Shown: positions 35,801 through 50,200 of the stretch, in pieces
Layout: every line of letters starts with the position of its first letter
Numbering within the stretch: position 1 is the first letter of the stretch
Assembly (NCBI GenBank): GCA_051362555.1
Contig: CM120646.1
Location: 5,456,001-5,520,000, forward strand
Reading direction: 5' to 3'
DNA from: Lingula anatina
Taxonomy: Eukaryota > Animalia > Brachiopoda
DNA length: 64,000 bases
Translations under genes and position numbers: made by a program
Notes under the pieces: model-generated
Told to the model about the DNA's origin: nothing
The model's input: the letters and a program-made list of their open reading frames with translations, nothing else
Database searches by the model: none

Positions 35801-38800
35801 CCAACTATTGACTGATTTCTGACTTTTTGGGAATCAAAAATATCTTTGGCCTAGGCGGTCCCCTGAACCGTGCACCATGTTTTCCAACTTTGTCACAAAA
35901 AGGCAGTCTCACCCAGTATGTACATTAAATTTGAAGAAACCAAATTTTTTTCACATAGAATTTTGTACCTGGTCATAAAAAAAAATATGTCCCTGGTTTG
36001 AACTGAATTTGTTTAATATTGGTTGCATTATGGGGTGCAATTTCTTGTTTTGCATTTCAGATACCACTGTGCCATATGTCAGTCAGAAATCAAGTCCACA
36101 ACTGGCAAAGATGTTTAAATGAAGTCTTTGTGTTGTGTTTGTTGTTCTATAAGTTTTGAATTATCCAATTACATCAATAGACATAACATGTCCAGGGAGG
36201 TGTCCTTGATTGGATTGCCTTTGCTTGCCATTAAAAATGACAATAATTCCATTATACAATACCAGCAATATAATAGTTTTCATACAATAATGCCAATTTT
36301 GAATAAAACCACTTGGTAATATTACCTGTCATGTTTGTAGAGATGGATAATCAAGGGGGATCTTCCTCCCATATTGTCGTATATAGACTCAATAAAGGAA
36401 GGCGTTATCTCAATCTGGATAATACACCTCTTTTCTGGTGTAGTAATTATGAACCAATTACCTTTTTCCTATGGAGTATTGTGCCTGTCTTGTGTTGCCG
36501 TGGAATTCCTCAGCCTTCTGACGCACTTAGGCCCAAAGAATACTGGACTCAAACAAGTTTTAATAGCAGGGTGAGTTGTTGGAAAATCCAACAGCCAGCA
36601 TGGCCTCTTGGGTTTCTCGAAGGGGGTCTCTGCGGTCTGATTTGAAAAAAATAACATCCTAAGTGTTCCATTGTGATCAGTTAAACCTTGAGTATTAAAC
36701 TTGCAGAGCGAGTTTTGTCATTCCGTGAAAATAAGCGCAAAAACTATCTGTAAAGCATCACCGGATGTTAGAAATCTTCAAAAATTACCGGCCGCGCAGT
36801 CTGTTTTTCACCCTCATCTTACCATTTAAGGACCACCCAAGTTGGGACTGCGGTAGAGTTACCCTACCAGATTTCATCTTTGCTGTGGTTCTTAAACCTT
36901 GCACCCTGTAAAATATGTCATAATTGCCTAGGATCCTCACTGGGGAAGAGTGGGCGTGGAGTTTGCTTCAAGGACATCATTAGGACCGCTGAAAATTAAT
37001 TAGGGAGGATCTGGGACCCTCAGAATGGGCCTTGTTGACCATGTAACATTATTCGGATAATGAGAATGTCAGAGGCATTACCGCACACAGAAATTATTGC
37101 CACAGATTTCAGTTGGAGAGAAGGTGTATAAACAGTTTGTAGATAGGAGAGAGTTAGATTCTTTAAGTCAAGTCAAGAGGGAATGTGGCTGAGCTACTAT
37201 GTCATATTATAGGAGATTGGATTGTTTTTCACTTTTTCCATGACCTTGGCGGAAGAGTTAGTACTACAAGGAGAAGGTAAGAGGAAAGGTTTGATTTTTA
37301 AAAGAGCTATGGATTTAAAAATGGAACCCACTTTATTTTTCTCATGGGGTAGGGGGTTAGAAAATTGCACGACAGCAGGTATTATTTTGCAGCATTAATA
37401 GTTTTATTTTGAGAGCTTTTCAGTTTTGCACTGAATTTAAGACTGTGATACAACGTCACACCCAGCTAGCAAAATTGAATTTAGATAGTTGTGGGGGTAG
37501 TATAAGGGATTTTAAAATCATTCTTTGGACTGCAAACCCAAGGAGTTGTATAAATCAAGTTGTACATTTTGGTGCAAAAAAAGCCTAACAATGTGTCACT
37601 CTGGAAGAAAGTGAGTCAAAACATACGTCAGAATTTAAGTGATTTGACTACAGAATAGGACAAGTTGGATACACAGAATAGTGAAAAAAAAACACTATTG
37701 TTGTTAAAGACGGGATTTCTTTGAAATGGACAAAGACAAGTTGAGATATTGGACACACTAGCAAACATATACAAAGAGTACTGGGCTGTGGACTTGAATA
37801 AGCGAGATGGATATGGATTACAATACAAATTGCTGTAAAATATACATGACAACAAGGAATGTTTTCTATATATGGATTGCATTTTTTACAACATAAAAAA
37901 AACAAAATCCTCAGAAATATTTAACGGGGTTTGATTTCAAAGCACTGCTAGTAGAAGAAGACATGCAAAAAACACCCGAAAAGGAAAGGAAGGAGAAGAG
38001 ATTAAGATGGCATCTCAAATAACTGACCACCCAGGAGTTGTCACTGTATCCCCTGACTGTGCTCTCCAAGGATTTCAATGGGCCCCAGCATGTCACCAGA
38101 GAAAGCCAGAGATTGATGGAGCAAAATATTTTTTACATCAGGGATAAATTACATAGCTGTTGTTGTTGCAATATTCGGAGTAGGCTTCTCCATGGGGAGT
38201 TAGGGAAGTGAAGAAACAGATGGATTTGACTGTTGGATTTTTGTGCCTCTGCTATAAACTTTTATTTGAAGATTGTTTTTTTTTTTTTCTGTGGAATGCA
38301 CGTATTTGGATTAATAATACAGACGCTGGTCAAAGTGTTCCATTCTCAAAGAAAAAATGAAGAGAAAAAAAGGATATTTCAAAAGGACAGTTAAGACGGC
38401 AAGGAATTATATTTTAAAACATTTAGATCTTTAAATCATTATCAGTGCAATTTTATGGAGATTGCTTTTTAATGGGATCATTGGGCATGGAAAGAAAATC
38501 TGATTGATTCTTTTGCTGAACCAAGACTGTCAGGCGAGAGGCAGACATTGTTGCAAGATGCTATGTGAAGACAGGGCATCAAGAATGATGTGAACCATCA
38601 CGTTTCAATATGGAGGTCTGCCGAACAGACAGGAGGCTCCTAATAGCACCATATGCATTCACCTTCTCAACACAAAGAGCAGCTGTCAACCATGTGAAAG
38701 GAGCTTTACACAGTACTGAACTTTGTGTGAAATCAAAAAAGGATAAGGTGATTTTTTTTCTTGAATTTTTTTTTTCAAAAGAGAATTAAATACGAAGTTC

Positions 38801-41800
38801 TGAGGGAAGGATCACGAAAGGTTGGATAATGAAGCTGTAAAGGGAAGGAACTGATAGTGGATTTTTTTCACCGAAGAGAATCAAATGTAAAAGGGTTGTG
38901 GTGGTAACAGGGCAAAAGACAGCTGCAAAAGGCTTGTGTAGTCTGCAAAAAAAAAAAAAAATCTTCCTTTCTTTCTTTCTCTCTTTCTCTGTCTTTATAA
39001 TTTTATTTACAACTTCATGGAAAAAGTGAATACCAGTCCCCCCTCCACCTGTTACCTGCAGAATCAAAAACGTCAGCCAAAGTTGTCCCGAGATCAAGAT
39101 GATAGATTGTCTCTGTGACACGTGTCATTGTGAAAGGAGGCGAGAAGAAAAGGGGCGACTTCTTCTATTGGTGTTAGTGTTGAGGTCTTATCGAGGGTTA
39201 GGTGAGAAGGGTTAGGCGGCACTCACTCGGGGAACTGCGTCTGTATGGTTGGAGGGGCAGAAATAGCAATGGACTGTGCCATATGTATGGATCAGTTCAC
39301 AGTAGAGTTTAGACATTTTTTCGCCCCCTAGATCTAAACAATTTTCTTGTGTAAGCGTCAGAAATATGTAATAAATTGAACAATGGCAATTGGGCTTTAA
39401 TTGGACAACTTGAGCCTAAATGAAGGTATAGAGCAATTAATATAGAGACATTACGATTTAACCATTTACAAGGCTAATATGTATAGATGCATACAAATAC
39501 ATGTTACTTGATGATTTAATGTAAGGAAGGAATGACTTTGATTTCAATCTTTAAAGTCTTACAGTCAGGCAGAGAAAATCTTATTTACAGACAATTTGCT
39601 CCTGTTTTTTAACCTGTAACCACTTCTTTCCTCCCCAAGGCTAGCGTGCATGGAAGGTGCTGATCATACTTGGGTTTAGTAGCAGAAGGTGATTAATGGG
39701 GCTTAAAAAGCAAGATGGATGGGGCATTTCAGGATAACATCTTTCTAGTCAACTAGTTTTATGAATGTAGTTGAATCAAAATTTGAACCATGACTATCAC
39801 TTTTTTAGAAACAAAATATGGAAATATTTACAGCCTCCTCAGCTCAGTAAGGATATGATCAGCGTTTCTTGACCAAAACTGTGCTTGAATCACTTTGTGG
39901 TGCCATGAATACAGTAATTTCATACACAAAAGTTTTTTTAGATATTTCTGGTGACAATAACCTCTATGTTATTTTCTTTTCGTCTCCTTTCAAAGGATCA
40001 GATGTTAGCTTTTGGAATTTTTCAAAAATTGAAGAGTCTGAGATTTAGCATCCAATTATAAAAAAAAATTGTTTGATGAAGTTGCACTCTGGTGATTTTC
40101 TTCCATCTGAAATCTTTTAACAATGGCTACCCTTGAAATTACTTTCTTTTTCTGTTGACTTTAAGTCGATTCTGTTTCAGTAACAGAGGCCTCCTGCAGT
40201 TTGTCTATAAAACTAAAAAGATAACAGCAGTCATGTCTTGTTTGGCAAATCTCCTGCCGGAAAAAGTGCTGCAATCTTGGCATCTGTGACGCTCTCACTG
40301 TGTTGTCTGTACCGTAGAATAACACTTCATTTTTATTGCCGTGTTTCCAGTGAAGTTGGGTCAATCCAACCATGTACAATCCAATATGGCAGGACATATA
40401 ATTGCTTAAGTTGCCATGGTGATGGGTGGGACAACAGGGAATAGATTTACTTTCTGGTGAAGTAATCGTAATCCCTCCAATGCTGATGTGTATCATGTAT
40501 GATGAGACTGTACAAGATACTGGTATTTTATTGCCACAAAAGATAGTGATAGACTATAGCAGTTGGGTTTCCTTGTGTGGCCACCTACTAAAAAGAGTAA
40601 GCGGTGGCATTCTGACTCTGGCAGTTTGAAAGGGATAACAGTGGAAATGTATTTTATTGCTCACTGTTTTGAGGATATATGGCAGTTCCTTATCTTTCAT
40701 TGTTCATGAACAATAGGGAGCTACTTATTTTGAAAAGTTTGGTGGAAATGAGGGCAGTTTATTTTATTTATGTGTGTAGGAATAATAGATTTATTTTATT
40801 TATAGATTAATAGTTTTTTTTCTTATGTGTTAAAGTCTATGAAGATAAGTTTTTCTCTTTATGTGCTTCACAAATTTATTATTGCATTGGGTTAGTGACA
40901 GCTATCACAAAATATATTTACAGAAGTTGCTTTTGATACCAACAGTTTGATGTTTTAATAAAGTTAAAATGCATTCAATATTTGATGAATTAAATTAAAG
41001 CCAGCCATTTTACTTAAGAAAGTTACCCGCCTCTTATGTACCAGTAAGACAAGGAAACGAGGGCTTTAAGAGAGCACGCGTGCATACAGGTAGTGGAATA
41101 TCAAAGGTGTTTTGAGCCTTGGCATCAAAGGGAAAATCTGTCCCATCACCCACGTCACTGACACTTGATCTTGTTACTTCATTTAATTTCCTGTCTGCTT
41201 GCTGAGAACAGTTGACGTCTGCAGAAGGGAGATGAGAGAACCGTAAGGAGCACCTGTTTGTGGTTAACATTTTTGTATGGCCTAACTTTTTGATGAAATT
41301 TTGTTAAGATTGTCTTAAAAAAAAAAAAAAAAGGTCTGAGAAAGAGGTTGTTGAATTGAATTGAATCTATGACAGCTTATATATGTTTTTAGAATAAGCA
41401 TGGAAAAGTACAGCAGGTTACTTTTTTTCTCGAAAATGAAAAGTATGATGAAAAATACTTACTGAGTTACATTTCTCAAACAAAAGCATTTCAGATCTTG
41501 AATTATGGATGATAGATTGTGAAAACGATCAGCGTCAGTATGCCACAGTCTGTAAAATATATTTATTTATAAAGAATTCTGTCTGAATTTGAGGGATGAG
41601 CGTGGGTGCCAGCAAAGTTATTTCAGGTTGATTCTGAAAAAAGTTTGTAGTCAAGGAGCTTGTGTACACAAGTGCAAGTCAGAATATGAGGAATGTGGAG
41701 GAACTTCAAAGTCAACAGTTTCCAATTTCATCAAAATGGAATCACTGACTCACTGTCTCATCTCCCTTTGTGAGACTGTTGCTGTGGTTATGGAGGAGGC

Positions 41801-44800
41801 TCCTCCTTTATAATGTACCTCTTACACAATGGACTTTGTATCAGAGCTGGAGAAAACCAGATATTCCTCAATACAAAGCCATCTTTCTTAACTCAGCTTG
41901 GTTCCCAGTGTAAATGCCTTGGCATTCTAGAGTATTCCACTTAGAGGAGTTTTTGACCTAAACATCTTGAGAAACTATCAGAGTCCATGTGCACTGCATC
42001 TGATCACTAATGTGCATATGTACTTTGGCCCATATACTAGTACATACAACTTGTACTTTCTCTCTCTCTCTCTCTCTCTTGCACACACACACACATTCTA
42101 AGCAGACACAATTCATAAAAGTGATGAAAATTCTTAAATGCAGGATATATTTTAAATATCCCAATTGATGTATTCTTTGAATTAAAAATGCAAATGCCCC
42201 CCACCCCCATATGATACCATACACAATACTATATATCATATAGTATACCATATACCGTACCCTATGCTTTACCATATACTGTACAATATATACCACATTC
42301 ACAACCAAAGTTGATCCATGGACTAACAGATCTGTGGATCAAATGTGGCAACCCACTTAAAAGCTTACCGTGTTATCCCCACAGGGAATCTAGTTCAGGT
42401 GCGGATTTAGGCCGTCTTCTGGGTCTTCCGGAAGACGGTCAGATTTTAAAGTTTACATTGACGGCTATCTAATATTTTCTGTCAGAAGACGGTCAAAAAT
42501 GGAGGACGGATTAACAAAGATAATATGGAACATTGTCAGAAAATATATCTGGATCCGCCCCTGTAGTTGGTGTCTACTAGGGGATTATGCGTCAAGCTTT
42601 TAAGTGGATTGGCTGTTTATGCTCTGTGGATCTGTTAATTGGTGGATCAACTTGTTCTGAATGTGGCCATAGAGTAACACCCCATTTCCATAGATTAGAT
42701 CGACCTACTTTAGATCGACCTAACTCCCTGGGGGTTCACGCTAAATAGCTGTCAGCCGGGCGGACACGAAAGTTAATTACCTCCTTACAGCTTGTAGTAG
42801 GCGGGACGGACATTTAAGTCGGATTATCTGAAAGTAATCTAGTGAGACTCCCCGCGGGGATAGATCGCTCTAAAATCTATGGGAATAGAGCCTAAGTTCT
42901 CACATCTGTTCTCAACGTACAATGACACACCTTGAGTATCAGATATAACAGAAGACTCATACCACTATCACTAAGAGACTTTTCCCACAGATATTTAGAT
43001 CGATCTATCCCCCTGGGGAGTCTCACTAGATTGCTGTCAGCTTAACTGGCTGAAATGCCTTTACCGCCTACTAAAAGCTGTAAGAGGGTAATTAACTTCC
43101 AGAAGCTGACAGCAATTTAGCATGAACCCCCAGGGAGTTAGGTCGATCCAGATGGATTTATCTAAATCTGTGGGAACCCAGTCTAACTGGGAATAACACA
43201 GAAATGCTGATTGGTTGGGTGGATTACTATAGTTATCTCTGATTCTCAGGGTGGTATGTAAGATGTGAGAAAAGCTTCTTGATGATAAAGATGTGGTAGA
43301 AATATATGCTCTTCACTTTATCTCCTGCTGGGTAACTGGGACTGGGTTGTAGACTCTTAGCTCACTTTAGGATAACATTTCTTATTGCCCAGCTGCTTTA
43401 TGATTCTAGCCAAATCATAAGTTCAGTTATTACTTTTTGGCTTAATGACAAAAAGGGGGAAAATGATAATACTATTTTTGCACTACAAATGCATTAGGTT
43501 AAATTTAGCACTGTCAGATGATACAAAGCTGCTGCTTAGCATTTCTGATTACCATGTCTAAAATCTGCTACGAACAGTGAAATTTTAGCAATAAAAAATT
43601 CAACCTTTTTATTTAAAAACTTTTATAATGCTAGCACACTTAATGTATGGAAAAGTGCATGTTGCATTGAGATAATTGAACTTTATCATACATAATAGCA
43701 AGCATGACGCCATTAACTGTGAACACATACAACAGGGTCCTATATACAGAGTATGCTCTTTAACATCTGCTTTTATGTAATACTGTCCTGGAATGTGGAC
43801 ATCTTGAAATTGTATGTAGAGCTATATTCTTTTCCTCCTTCTTCATGTGGTGATGTTATATGATTTTGTATGATCTTGAAACCTCAGTGGTGTGAAATAT
43901 GCAGGCCCATAGCCGGGGGGGGGGGATCAAAAGCACCACCCTTTTTGTCAGGGAAAGGCCCATTCTAGGTAAAATTTGATCTAGGTACACAAAGTTTTCA
44001 TTGTAAAAGGTCCACTCTATTGGAGAAAAAAAAAAAGAACTCCCCTTTAGAAACTCCTGGCTACAGGTCTGATGGAAAACCAATAAAAAGTGAACACTGG
44101 AAAGAAACATGTCACAATTGATAAAATGATTGTTTTTGGTTAAAAGATGCAGATAAAAGATTTTGAATATAGAGTTGACCTCGATGTTGATTGTAATAGA
44201 ATGATGGATATTTAAAAGATCCAGATGTTGATTGTAATAGAATGATGGATATTTAAAAGATCCAGATGTTGATTGTAATAGAATGATGGATATTTAAAAG
44301 ATCCAGATGTTGATTGTAATAGAATGATGGATATTTAAAAGATCCAGATGTTGACTGTAAAATAACTTAACAACCAAGTAAAAAATCGTGCAGGCAGTGG
44401 TCAAAATAAAGATGTGTCCCTTTTCTGCTGAAGCCATTACTATTTCTTGGTTTTGATAGATAGGTTAATGAAAATGTGTCAGTTAGATCAAGTCTCTCTG
44501 AAAAACATCCCAATTTTAGTTTCAGAGCTTTATTAACCTCCTTTAACCTTCAGTATAAAATATGTTCCTTGCCACTTCAGAGATGGTCAAACCAAAAGGT
44601 CCCCGGGGTTAAGTAAACTGTGTTACTTAGATTATTAAGACCTGGAAAAGTGATATTTTCAAGGATTTAAGTAGATTTATCATCTGTTTTCCTCAGTTTG
44701 TGGTGCTAGAGCACTTGTTCTTCGTGGTGGGGATATTGGTATAGGCACCCCATCAGTGTGGTAGGGATATAGATGATGAGGCCTCATCATTTGGGGAAAA

Positions 44801-47183
44801 TGAATTAGGTTATGTCATCATGAACTGGAAAGGTAATTTTGTACTTTGTTGGGGAAGATTTATGGCATAGTTTCTCCCCAATGCTTGGTGTAATGCTTGT
44901 ACTTGGTGGGAGGGAGGTGATCTTGATGACCGCATCAGTACCTGGTTGGCCCATCAGAGAGCAATTAATTAGGGGATTATGTAACGGTGGACTGGAAAAG
45001 GAATTTGAAATTTGACTGAAGGAGTACATGGTACAGTAGTTGGCTTGTGTTTAGATAAAATGCTGGGAATAATTTGACAGATGAAAATTTCAAATTGGAT
45101 CCAAGGTAAATTTGGAAAAAAAAAGAAATGAATTATTTTACTTTGCAAAATAAGAATATGTTTAGTATTTAGCTTTTGTTAATGTTTAGAAAGAGAGAAA
45201 AGCAGTGGGGGCAAGTTGGGTTCTTGTTCTGAAGAGAGAGAGAGCGTGGCCGTGCTTTTCAATTTGGTAAGTGGCATATTTATGGTAGATCAATTAATTT
45301 TGGAGTAAATTATGTCTCCTCCATATTGGTGGCCTGGAAAAGTTACTCTTAATTTCACCAGAGAAGATTTATTCTTTTATTTTTTCCTATTTGGGTGTTC
45401 CCTTCTGTTTGGAGTGTTCGGAGCATTTCTTATGGAAGCTAAGTTGCTGTAGTACAGTTGGAGTAGGAGCTGCCTCGGGTAGAATTTTTGCTGGAAATCT
45501 CCTCGTGAATGAAAAACCAGAAAGATCAATGAAGTGAATGATAATGGCAAGAAACTTTTTCTCTTCCCAGAAGACTTCACCTGAGAGAGAGAAGGTGAAA
45601 CAAACATGAACCTTTACTGAAGTGAACTGTAAATTGAAGTAGACATTTGTGTTAATGTAGTGGAGAACTAAGTAGGAAGTCCTACAGAGACATCTAGACT
45701 GGAGTATTCAGCGAGGTTTTCTTTGATTGGTCACGGTTTCTGTGACCAAAAGACTAAAGAAGAATTTTTTGATGATATTTAGTTAATTTTGTGACATTTT
45801 GAGCAGTCAGGGTTAAAAGGTATAAATTCCAAATCGGTGAGTATTATTTTGAAAAATCTTTATTTGTTTTTGCTTATAAAATAAACTTTAAATAATTCTT
45901 TTTATTGAAGAAAAGTGAAGTATCACCAGTCCCCAAAAAAAAAAAAAAAAAAATGGGCCCAAAAATACATTGTAAACATTTGCTCATTTTTATAGTCATT
46001 CATGCATTTTTATTTTTACCTGCAGGTTAGGCCAATTTGCATGTTCACCCAAACCCCTGGAAATAAAAAATAATATATATAACTCTGGATTTTAGTAAAT
46101 TTAAAGATTACTTAAAAATGCAGAAGTGACAGACTGGTGGAAAAAATTGCTCAGATTATACAATAATGTGGAGTTGAACAGATCAAGATTGGGGCTCAAC
46201 GTCTTACCCTCTTACCCGTGCAGATTTATTTCCACTCACTTCAACAATGAATCCAGGTCATGTCTTTATGGGATAAACCAAAATCACTGACAGGCTTTTC
46301 AGGTACCTGACAGTTTCACTTTAGTTGGAGAGTGAACTGAAACTTTATTTCAGTTCTACCTCTGTGGTTGCATAATTTTCCTGTTTGTTGTGAGTTTCTT
46401 TAGTGCATAAAAAGGAGCTGCTTGATTATGCAGATGATCAACTAGATTGTGAAGATATGTGAGAAGGAGGGGAGGGGGCATATTTGAAAAAGTGGATTTT
46501 TTTCTCCCAACATGACCCAACATGAGAAAATGTGTGGAATCGAGATCAGTTTTTGACTCGGTGTAAACCTCTTGGGCTAAAAAAGGGGGCTCTTTTGAAC
46601 ATCTGAACTTTCTTGCGCATGGGCCGGTCTAAACAGAATTTGAGTGTAAAAATGGTTATTATGTGACATTGGTGAGAGCCCAGCATATTTTTACACAAGC
46701 TACTTTGTTTGCTTCAACCAATGTGTCATATTTATTTTCAAATCAAATGGAGAAAGATGTTGCACATCTGCCGTCACTTCGGAAAATAAAAAGCTCCATG
46801 TTATAAAAAATGAAAAGCAAACGAAAAAAAAAAGCTCATCAGTCTCAACAGCAGTAAAAGCTTAGTTATGTCATAGGTCACCGCATGTACCTTGCCACAT
46901 ACACAAAACCCTTCATCTATGCAACGTATCCGAGTATTGTTCTACATGACCCAACCAGACATTTATTATCCTCTTCCCTCTCTAATGGGAGCCTTCTGCT
47001 TTTCAACAGGGTGAGGAGTAATGGCAGGGGAGCATTGTTATGGCTTTGACCGTTTGACCTGCCGCTATTAATTCCTGAAATCTGGAGAATTGAAACCCTT
47101 AAAGGTACCCCCTTCGGCAAGTGTTCCAAAAAAGTGGTGAAAATAGTTCTCCAGGATTGGGTTTATTGAAAGGTGTCCTGTCT

Positions 47184-47226
<43 letters not shown>

Positions 47227-50200
47227 GAATTGGCCTTGAGAATCAAAGCTATTTTTTGCTTGTTCACAAGTCATTGACCTGTCACACGAGCAAGTGACCT
47301 TGAATGACATTAAAATATAGCCTAAAGTGACATAAAAAATTTGGAGAGTAAGGATGTCATGTTTATCAATATGCTTCAGTTTCAAAACTCTCCCCCTCTG
47401 CTGCATCTGCGGGTTGCTGTTCATGAAGTCAGAAGTGAATTCTCAATGAATGGTGGACTGCCACAACCTTTGCAGTTACTCTGCCAGTGTTTAGATTTGC
47501 CAAAACTCGGGAAAACTTTACAAAGGTCTCACTGAGAAACTGCGGAATCAGAATGTTCCTTTTGTAGAAGCCGCACTAAGGGCTTCTGGCACTTCGCATA
47601 TGTACAGAATGCTTTATCATAAGTTTTGATGTTTGGCACTAACAGCTTGATCAAATTTTGCATGATTTGATTTGTAGTCTTACAGAGAGGTGTGGAAATT
47701 ACTGCCAAGTTGCAGAGTGGAAATAACTGTTTGTCTTAATGATGTTCGCATATTGAGGATTAGAGTTTATTTATGGGAGAGACGTGCAAAAGAAGTAAAA
47801 AAAAGCTTTTGTGTTTTTTTTTCCTTTGTCAATATAAAACAAATAAATAATTTGCCTTGGTTTGTGAGGAGGTTGCTGGCAACAGCATGTTTTACAAAAT
47901 GCACCATTGATGAACATTTAAAAAATTGTTTTGGCTTTGCCTGTCTTCTGCTAAATCAAGAATCACATGCATACCTTTGAATTTTTGTAATTTTTTTGTA
48001 AAAATGATTTTTTTAGCATTGAAGTTGTATCCTTACCTTTAAATTACTTTTTGGAAAGGGAATAGATTTGTGAGAACAATAACCTTGAATTTTGGTGCTT
48101 TTAGATGTGAAATAGTGTTTCTGGCATTGAAGTAGTTTGAAAGGGTTGGTTTCCTTATTTAAAGTTCTATATCACAAAGTGAAAGTATATAGAGATATTT
48201 TGCCAAAAAATTGCTCCTTTATCTCTGTATTTAAAACACTTGTAAGCTGTCACTGTAATGTTACCTCATAAAATAGTATTCCTGAGAAATGTAGAAGTAT
48301 CAAAGAGAAGCTCCTTTTATAGTTCTACCTGCCTACAGTTTAAGCACATGGTACCATATTAGCACCCCATCCCCCCCTTTTAAAAAAGTCTCTTTTAGCT
48401 CTGTACAAGAGGGCCTCCATTTTGACATTCAGACACCATGTGTTTCCTGGGGAGTGTTGAAGGAAGTTTTCAATTACAGAACAACTCTACGTGTCCCACA
48501 GATATTTATAGGGAGAGAGAGATGAAAAGTGGGCGATAACAGGCTGTATGGGACCAGGCACCCTGCAGCGGAAGTGGAGGGTTTATTTATTGGGTGTTTT
48601 ACATTGCATTCGGTGGTTCATGGTTGTCTCATTGGTGTTTGTGACAAGGAGGTTAATTGGCGCTATTTCAGCCCAATGTGTTTTGGTTTCAGTGGTACTG
48701 GTATGGGTGTTTTAAGCATTTCTTTTTTGCAGAATATGGCCTCTCAAATGATTATTCTGTCTGCTATTCTGTATTTAAGTATTGAGCTGGCTTTTTCTCT
48801 CCTTTTAAGTAGTTCAATATTAAAAAGCCAGAATGACTTTGCCATAAACTGGATCACCTATAATGTTACTTTTCACACCCAATTTGATGGATAATTAATA
48901 CAAAAAAAAAAAAAAAAAGGAAAAGAAACTCTTTTCACCACTCTGCTTTTCCTCAATTTTATATGCCCCTTCATAGTTACTTGAAAAAAAGGAGAATAAA
49001 AAGAACCAACTTGACATCTCTGTATTTATAAATGTTTTCAGTCTGGTTGTGGCGTCAAAACAAGCAGCAACCATCTGTCACAATAGAGCACTTAGGGAAG
49101 TTAATGTGTTCCTGGAGAGGCTGTGTCTAAATACTGTGCCATAGATTGAACTTAACTGGGGAAGGAACACTTCTAAGACTTAAACTGTAGCTCTTTTTAC
49201 AACCTAGATAAGCTGGGCCCCCCTAACTCAAAAGCCTCGTGTATTGCAATAGCGATATCACATAAAGGCTACAGTGTATTATGTGGGGCGAGTATGGGCG
49301 AGTTATGGAACTGAGACATTTGCACTCAGTTGCAGTGCACGATGCTTTCGCATTACTGAGCCCTGGACATAACTCAAATATGGTGCGACCCACTTGAAAG
49401 CATGCTGCATAATCCCTGAAAGGAGGACATGCTTGGAATGCAGGGGAGATCCATTAGGGGATAATGTGGCTTGCTTTCAATTGTGCAACGTATTTGAGCT
49501 GGGGGAAGGGGGGTCAGTAAGGCTTTGGTTTAACGAAGTTGTGAACAGAGCCTTAATCTGCCTCACGAATAATGATTTGTTGTTTTTTATTTGTAGAGTG
49601 ACAAACAGAGCCTTATCTGCCTCACGAATAATGATTAGCTGTTTTTTATTTGTAGAGTGACAAATCATACACATATTAGATACTTCTAGGGTTGTTTACT
49701 TTTGGCCTGTTTAACAAGATGGAAAAAAATTGATATAGCTTCCTCAAACCATTCTTTTTAAAGTAGTTTGATTCGATATAAATACATTTTCTCAGAAAGA
49801 GAAATACCAAAAAAAAAAAAGACAAATAATTTGAACATATTTCACAAAACACATCTGCTGCCTAGCTCTTAAACACAATAACTGGTGTGGAGCAGAAGAT
49901 GGTCAGACACTAAGCAAAACCAAACCTTGAGGAGCTTAAACAAACATTCCCTGAGGAGAGCACAGAGCAGGAATCTGACTAATCTGGCAACTGAATAAAC
50001 ATTGCTTGATCCAGAAACACATGCCTCTTTCTACTACTTCTCTGGAGTCTTCTGGTGCCCTGCAGCTCTCCCAGTGTCTCATTTCTGTTTGACCCCATTG
50101 AAATGATCTGGAAAATTATGGCCTGGAAAATTATTTTCAGGTGTCTCTTTTATATTGGGCAGTGTTAAATTTATAGAAAATGTCAGTTTCGAAAGAAAAA

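Noticed and set aside
17942-41131. Scattered TCF/LEF motifs (17942, 19644, 25371, pair at 41100-41131)
   Set aside because: CTTTGAT is expected several times by chance in 40 kb of AT-rich DNA; no enrichment can be shown without conservation data.
44183-44360. CRISPR-like array
   Set aside because: The units are identical and head-to-tail with no unique spacers; the context is a eukaryotic intron with no cas genes.
48027-48040. U12-type donor-like gtatcctt
   Set aside because: No associated exon; all modelled introns are ordinary GT-AG.
10850-49700. Numerous 60-120 aa intronic ORFs as a nested gene or transposase
   Set aside because: Low-complexity F/I/K/L-rich translations, many with non-ATG starts; no recognisable domains or consistent exon chain on either strand.
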